Positions 59,870 to 64,000 of a stretch of 64,000 nt of DNA are shown here, in pieces. Below the pieces are notes generated by a model. It saw only the letters and a list, made by a program, of their open reading frames with translations. It had not been told where the DNA came from and made no database searches. Numbering within the stretch: position 1 is the stretch's first letter; every line of letters starts with the position of its first letter. Source of the DNA: a virus. The position numbers and the translations under genes are program-made. The DNA is taken from positions 1-64,000 of the IMG/VR virus record IMGVR_UViG_3300024348_000005; one strand, 5' to 3'.

Positions 59870-60687
59870 AAAAAATTATACATATTGCGGACTTACACAT
59901 TCGTACAATTCAAATGCACGATTTGTATAAAGAACAATTCGAAATATTATTAAATGAATTAAGTATAAAATTTTTAGAATGGGCGGATGAAAATATATCA
60001 CATAACGAAATTAGAATTGTTATTGCGGGTGATATCGCACATCAAAAAATTAATATCTCAAATGAACAATTATTATTAACGAGTTGGTTTTTAAAAGAGT
60101 TAACTCGTTTTGGTAAGGTTGTAATCATACCGGGTAATCACGATTTCTTGGAGAATAATACACAACGTATGGATAGTATAACACCAGTCGTTCAATTATT
60201 AGACAATCAACACATCACATACCTAAAAGATAGTGGTGATTATGTTGATACCGATGGTAGCGTTCAATGGGTTGTTTATTCATTATATCAACACAACGTA
60301 AGACCTGAATTTACAAAACAAGAAGGTTTATTAACGGTTGGACTGTTCCATGGACCGATTATGGGGTTATCGACAGACTTAGGTTTTGAGTTTGAAGATG
60401 CGTATGACCAATTAAACTTTGTTGATTTGGATTTATTGTTATGTGGTGACATTCATAAGAGACAACAATTCACATTACCTAGTGGTGGTAAAGCAATTAT
60501 GGTTGGTAGTCTTATTCAGCAAAACTTTGGTGAAACGGTTAAACATCATGGTTACGGAGTTTATGACGTAGAGACAGATGAATATACATTTCACGATTTA
60601 CCAAATGAACAATCGTTTCTTCATTTTACAATAAACGATATTAAAGACATAGAAAATGGAGAAGAAGTTCACGTTAACATTGGATAA
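59863..60687 (+). CDS. sbcD: SbcD/Mre11 (gp47-like) metallophosphoesterase nuclease, nuclease domain only
   Basis: HIADLH, AGDIAH, PGNHD, FHGP, CGDIHKRQ, GSLIQQNFGE. Confidence 0.88.
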   Translation: MVKKIIHIADLHIRTIQMHDLYKEQFEILLNELSIKFLEWADENISHNEIRIVIAGDIAHQKINISNEQLLLTSWFLKELTRFGKVVIIPGNHDFLENNTQRMDSITPVVQLLDNQHITYLKDSGDYVDTDGSVQWVVYSLYQHNVRPEFTKQEGLLTVGLFHGPIMGLSTDLGFEFEDAYDQLNFVDLDLLLCGDIHKRQQFTLPSGGKAIMVGSLIQQNFGETVKHHGYGVYDVETDEYTFHDLPNEQSFLHFTINDIKDIENGEEVHVNIG

Positions 60688-61150
60688 TGAATTTTCACAG
60701 TATTGTCAGTTAAATAACATAGACAATATAGAAAAACTTGCTAGTGAAACATTTAATAGAGGATTTGCTATATTAAAATATGGTGAAACACCTAACTCTA
60801 ACGTTACAGAAAAAATCGTGGAGGTAATAAAAGAAGTTATTATTGAAAAAATAATAGAGGTTCCAGTTGAAGTTATAAGGGAAATAATAAAAGAGGTACC
60901 CGTTGAGGTTATTAAAGAAGTTAAGGTAAAGGGTAAGAACACAACTAAAGAGATAATCAAAGAAGTGCCGGTTACAACTATTGTTTCTGATGTTAAGAAA
61001 GAAACCGAACTTAAAACTCAGATTGATGATTTGAAAAAAAAGAACGAAGAATTACAATTAGAGTTGGATAAACTAAACAATGCTTTAGGTAAATTAAATA
61101 AGGGAACCTATATGAAAAATAGTAACCTATCAAATTTATATGATGAATAA
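60656..61150 (+). CDS. Hypothetical protein with VEVIKE/EKIIEVP repeats and coiled coil
   Basis: EKIVEVIKEVIIEKIIEVPVEVIREIIKEVPVEVIKEV followed by a heptad region. Confidence 0.7.
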   Translation: MEKKFTLTLDNEFSQYCQLNNIDNIEKLASETFNRGFAILKYGETPNSNVTEKIVEVIKEVIIEKIIEVPVEVIREIIKEVPVEVIKEVKVKGKNTTKEIIKEVPVTTIVSDVKKETELKTQIDDLKKKNEELQLELDKLNNALGKLNKGTYMKNSNLSNLYDE

Positions 61151-61197
61151 TTTCATTTTCAAAAATTTATTTGTTATATTATATAAAATATAAAAAC

Positions 61198-61509
61198 ATG
61201 GGAATATTATTATTATGGGCAATCACAGCCTACGGAATGACAAGTATACTCGTTTGGGGAGCAATTTTTGAAAACCAACGTATATGGATAAAAGCACGTT
61301 CAAAATTTTTTGGTGATTTAATTGGTTGTACTTTATGTACTAGTACATGGGTTGGATTTTTTATGTCACTAATTTTAGGTAGTATTACTAATAGATTTTT
61401 TGATACCTTTTGGTTTATCAATTTATTTTTTGATGGTATGTTTACCGCGGGATCAGTTTGGGCAATTAATGCCATAATCGAGTTTTTTGAAGAAAATAGA
61501 ATTAAATAA
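61198..61509 (+). CDS. Small membrane protein with CxxC (DUF1360-like)
   Basis: Three hydrophobic segments; GDLIGCTLCTSTWVG. Confidence 0.7.
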   Translation: MGILLLWAITAYGMTSILVWGAIFENQRIWIKARSKFFGDLIGCTLCTSTWVGFFMSLILGSITNRFFDTFWFINLFFDGMFTAGSVWAINAIIEFFEENRIK

Positions 61510-61510
61510 T

Positions 61511-62167
61511 ATGGCACAAAAAAGAAAATTTAGATACATTAGAATTAATGGTAAGGTAATCCAAGACCCATTTGATGATGAGGATATGAGACAACTTTTC
61601 ATATCATTTGCGGAAAAAGTATTAGGGATGAAATTCATTAGTGGAACCCAATTTGGTATTGATTTAGTAAGTGTTGATGACCCAACATATGGTGCTGAGG
61701 GTGAAAATGGTTCATTTCAGGGAGATAGATGGGTAGGTAATCAACAAGATATTTTTAATCTTGGGTTTTCAGGACTTAATATACAGAATTGGAAATGGTT
61801 TTATTGGGGAATGGGTGAATTTTCTGAAAGAAATTATGGTAAATATTTGATATCACATTTAGGTCATGAAAATAATATTTATTTTAGAGTCAATGCACAA
61901 TTTGACCAAATTTGTATGGTAGATGCAAGTGTAATTAAAGATTATAATAAAATCAAATTTGCTTTTAATAGGAAAGTTAGTAATAGTGATGAACCGGAAG
62001 ATTGGATTGTGATACCAAAAGAGTTTGTACGTACATTTAATAAACAACCTAATGGTGAATGGTTAGAAAATGGGCCATATTGTGGACCAACACAAAAAGA
62101 ATTAGCGGACATGGAAAGAGAATTTACCCAACAAAGAGTAAGAGAAGTTATGTTTGCAAATAATTAA
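61511..62167 (+). CDS. Hypothetical protein, possible restriction-like PD-(D/E)XK nuclease
   Basis: FGIDLV.....YGAEGE acidic motif; ATG at 61511. Confidence 0.5.
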   Translation: MAQKRKFRYIRINGKVIQDPFDDEDMRQLFISFAEKVLGMKFISGTQFGIDLVSVDDPTYGAEGENGSFQGDRWVGNQQDIFNLGFSGLNIQNWKWFYWGMGEFSERNYGKYLISHLGHENNIYFRVNAQFDQICMVDASVIKDYNKIKFAFNRKVSNSDEPEDWIVIPKEFVRTFNKQPNGEWLENGPYCGPTQKELADMEREFTQQRVREVMFANN

Positions 62168-62174
62168 ACAATTA

Positions 62175-64000
62175 ATGAGTTATAACAATCCATTTATAAA
62201 AGTAACTTGGCAGGATGTTCCCGAAAATTTTACCGCGGAGAAAATCAGGAGAGTCAAAACATATTTCGAACAAAAGTACAATAGTAAAAATGTAAAAATT
62301 GTTACTAAAACTTTAACCAACGTTCAAAATACAAGACTTGAATCTTTAGAGGTAACGGATAACATACTTGACAATCAGTATCAAAAGATTTTAATGAAAG
62401 ATTTCATTAAGGACAATGCTATTGATGTTAAATGGGAACTTGTTGAAAGATTAGATAATAGGGTAAATGGAGAAATTGACAAATTAAATCAAAACAAGGT
62501 ACGATATAATCGTTGGTTTGTTAAGAAAGTTGAGTTCTCCAATTTCTTATCTTTTGGTGAAAACAACATAATTGATTTTACCACATTAGATGGTATTACG
62601 GTTATCGAGTCAACACCAAAAAACTTTGGGGGAAAGTCAACATCATCTGTTGATCTTCTAATGTTTTTATTTTTCAACACAACTACTAAGACTAAAACAA
62701 ATGGTGAAATCTTTAATAGATTCACAGAGAACAACGAAGTAAGTGTTCGTGGGGAAATTACAATTGATGGTGATGATTACGTCATAGAACGTAAAACATT
62801 ACGTAAAATGAGTAAGTCCGGTGAGTATACCGTTACCAACAAACTTGAATTCTATAAACGTAAAGAAGATGGTACAATTGAAAATCTTTCTGGTGAACAA
62901 AGAAGAGAGACAGAGGCATTCATTGCGTCAGCAATTGGTACCGAAGAGGATTTCCTATCAACAATTTTAACCACCGGTAATAATCTTGAAGAGTTAATTG
63001 AATCTAAACCAACTGCAAGAGGACAAATCCTTACTAAATTTTTAGGGTTAGAAAGTCTTAAACAAAAAGAAGAATTTGCCAAGGAGATTTATAATGATTG
63101 GAGTAAGAAATTAGTATCCAACACATATAACATCACCCAATTAGAAACTGATAATACAAATTTCAATGAAAGTATTGTTAATTCTGAAAATGAAATTGTT
63201 AGGTTAGGTGAGTCGTTAGAAAAATTTAAAAAAGATTTAAAAAAATTAGAGGAAAGAAGAGACGATGCATTATCCTCAAGAAATAATGATGTTGATAGGG
63301 AGTTAATTAACACTAATCCAGTTTTACTTGAAAGAGAAATCAATGAACTTAAAAAATTAAAAGCGGCAAGTCAAACAAACGCAAATTTAATTTCAGTAAC
63401 GGAACCATCACAATATTACCATGAGGACCAACACAAAGAATTGAGAGGTGAGATGGCGAATCTTCAAGGAATTGATGTTGTATGTAAACACGAAAAAAGT
63501 GACAGAGAAAAACTAATAAAGAAATTTGAAGAAGGAACTGTTTGTCCAACTTGTAATAGAGCATTAGATGAGGTCGACCACACAGATGAAATCAATAAGA
63601 TTAAAAAAGAAATTGAAGACATTATCAAGTCAATTGAAGAAAATAAAATTGAATTTGATTTATTAAAAGTACAATCCGAATCGTTTGACACCTTAAAGAT
63701 AGAGTTTGAAACATATGAAAGAAACAAACTTCGTAAAGAAAGATATGAATTAGAAGTTGAACAAAAACAACTTGAGATTGACACAAAACAATTAAGATTA
63801 GATAACTACGAGAATAACAAAAAGAAATTAGAAGACAATCAAAAAATTGATTCCGAGGTTATTGCACTTAGAACTAAAATTGAAACGGCAAACGGAGACA
63901 TCAGACAAACAAATAGTAGTATCGAAAAACACACCAATAACATTTCTAATTTAAAAGATAAGATAGGAACTAATGAGGAGTTAATTAAAAAAATTAAATC
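62175..64000 (+). CDS. sbcC: SbcC/Rad50 (gp46-like) ATPase, 3'-truncated, with ~112 aa N-terminal extension (not in ORF track)
   Basis: Hand translation from ATG at 62175: WFVKKVEFSNFLSFG at aa 114, Walker A variant STPKNFGGKST, long coiled coil, zinc hook CPTC at 63543; frame appears open to the window end. Confidence 0.92.
   Translation, partial: MSYNNPFIKVTWQDVPENFTAEKIRRVKTYFEQKYNSKNVKIVTKTLTNVQNTRLESLEVTDNILDNQYQKILMKDFIKDNAIDVKWELVERLDNRVNGEIDKLNQNKVRYNRWFVKKVEFSNFLSFGENNIIDFTTLDGITVIESTPKNFGGKSTSSVDLLMFLFFNTTTKTKTNGEIFNRFTENNEVSVRGEITIDGDDYVIERKTLRKMSKSGEYTVTNKLEFYKRKEDGTIENLSGEQRRETEAFIASAIGTEEDFLSTILTTGNNLEELIESKPTARGQILTKFLGLESLKQKEEFAKEIYNDWSKKLVSNTYNITQLETDNTNFNESIVNSENEIVRLGESLEKFKKDLKKLEERRDDALSSRNNDVDRELINTNPVLLEREINELKKLKAASQTNANLISVTEPSQYYHEDQHKELRGEMANLQGIDVVCKHEKSDREKLIKKFEEGTVCPTCNRALDEVDHTDEINKIKKEIEDIIKSIEENKIEFDLLKVQSESFDTLKIEFETYERNKLRKERYELEVEQKQLEIDTKQLRLDNYENNKKKLEDNQKIDSEVIALRTKIETANGDIRQTNSSIEKHTNNISNLKDKIGTNEELIKKIK

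Noticed and set aside
1-64000. Stop-codon reassignment as in some large phages
   Set aside because: Long genes are intact in code 11, and both TAG (13584, 8761) and TGA (20513) appear to serve as genuine stops at gene boundaries.

Overview
This 64 kb AT-rich window comes from a large T4-like myophage (contractile tail). The host is probably Bacteroidota, inferred from the eukaryote/Flavobacteria-type class Ia RNR and the lack of Shine-Dalgarno motifs. Virion genes are interleaved with a full replication/recombination set. Virion genes: neck gp13/14/15-like, sheath, tube, tail chaperone, tape measure, baseplate hub and wedge, and Pro/Thr-rich fibre/decoration proteins. Replication/recombination genes: PolB, SNF2 helicase, gp32-like SSB, UvsX/RecA, 5'-3' exonuclease, DnaB, NrdAB, RuvC, primase, PD-(D/E)XK exonuclease and SbcD/SbcC. 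No tRNA, CRISPR array, integrase, intron or intein was seen. The best candidate novel signals are: (1) a baseplate-anchored scaffold with 10 copies of a lone Cys-bearing beta-strand ([10 protein letters not shown]) on Pro/Thr linkers, followed by modular proteins with unpaired Cys, possibly a scaffoldin-like docking system for branched adhesins; (2) a [ST]-G-x-T motif strongly enriched in virion proteins and nearly absent from enzymes, possibly a glycosylation sequon; (3) an unannotated small RNA with its own promoter and terminator between ruvC and primase; (4) a parS-like palindrome plus iteron-like repeats between sheath and tube; (5) a +1/-2 frameshift in the tail chaperone; (6) a TATTTAT(A/T) late-promoter motif often only 3-6 nt from the ATG; (7) an SbcCD pair with the SbcD C-terminus apparently moved onto SbcC. 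All functional calls come from motif recognition by eye; no database searches were run.
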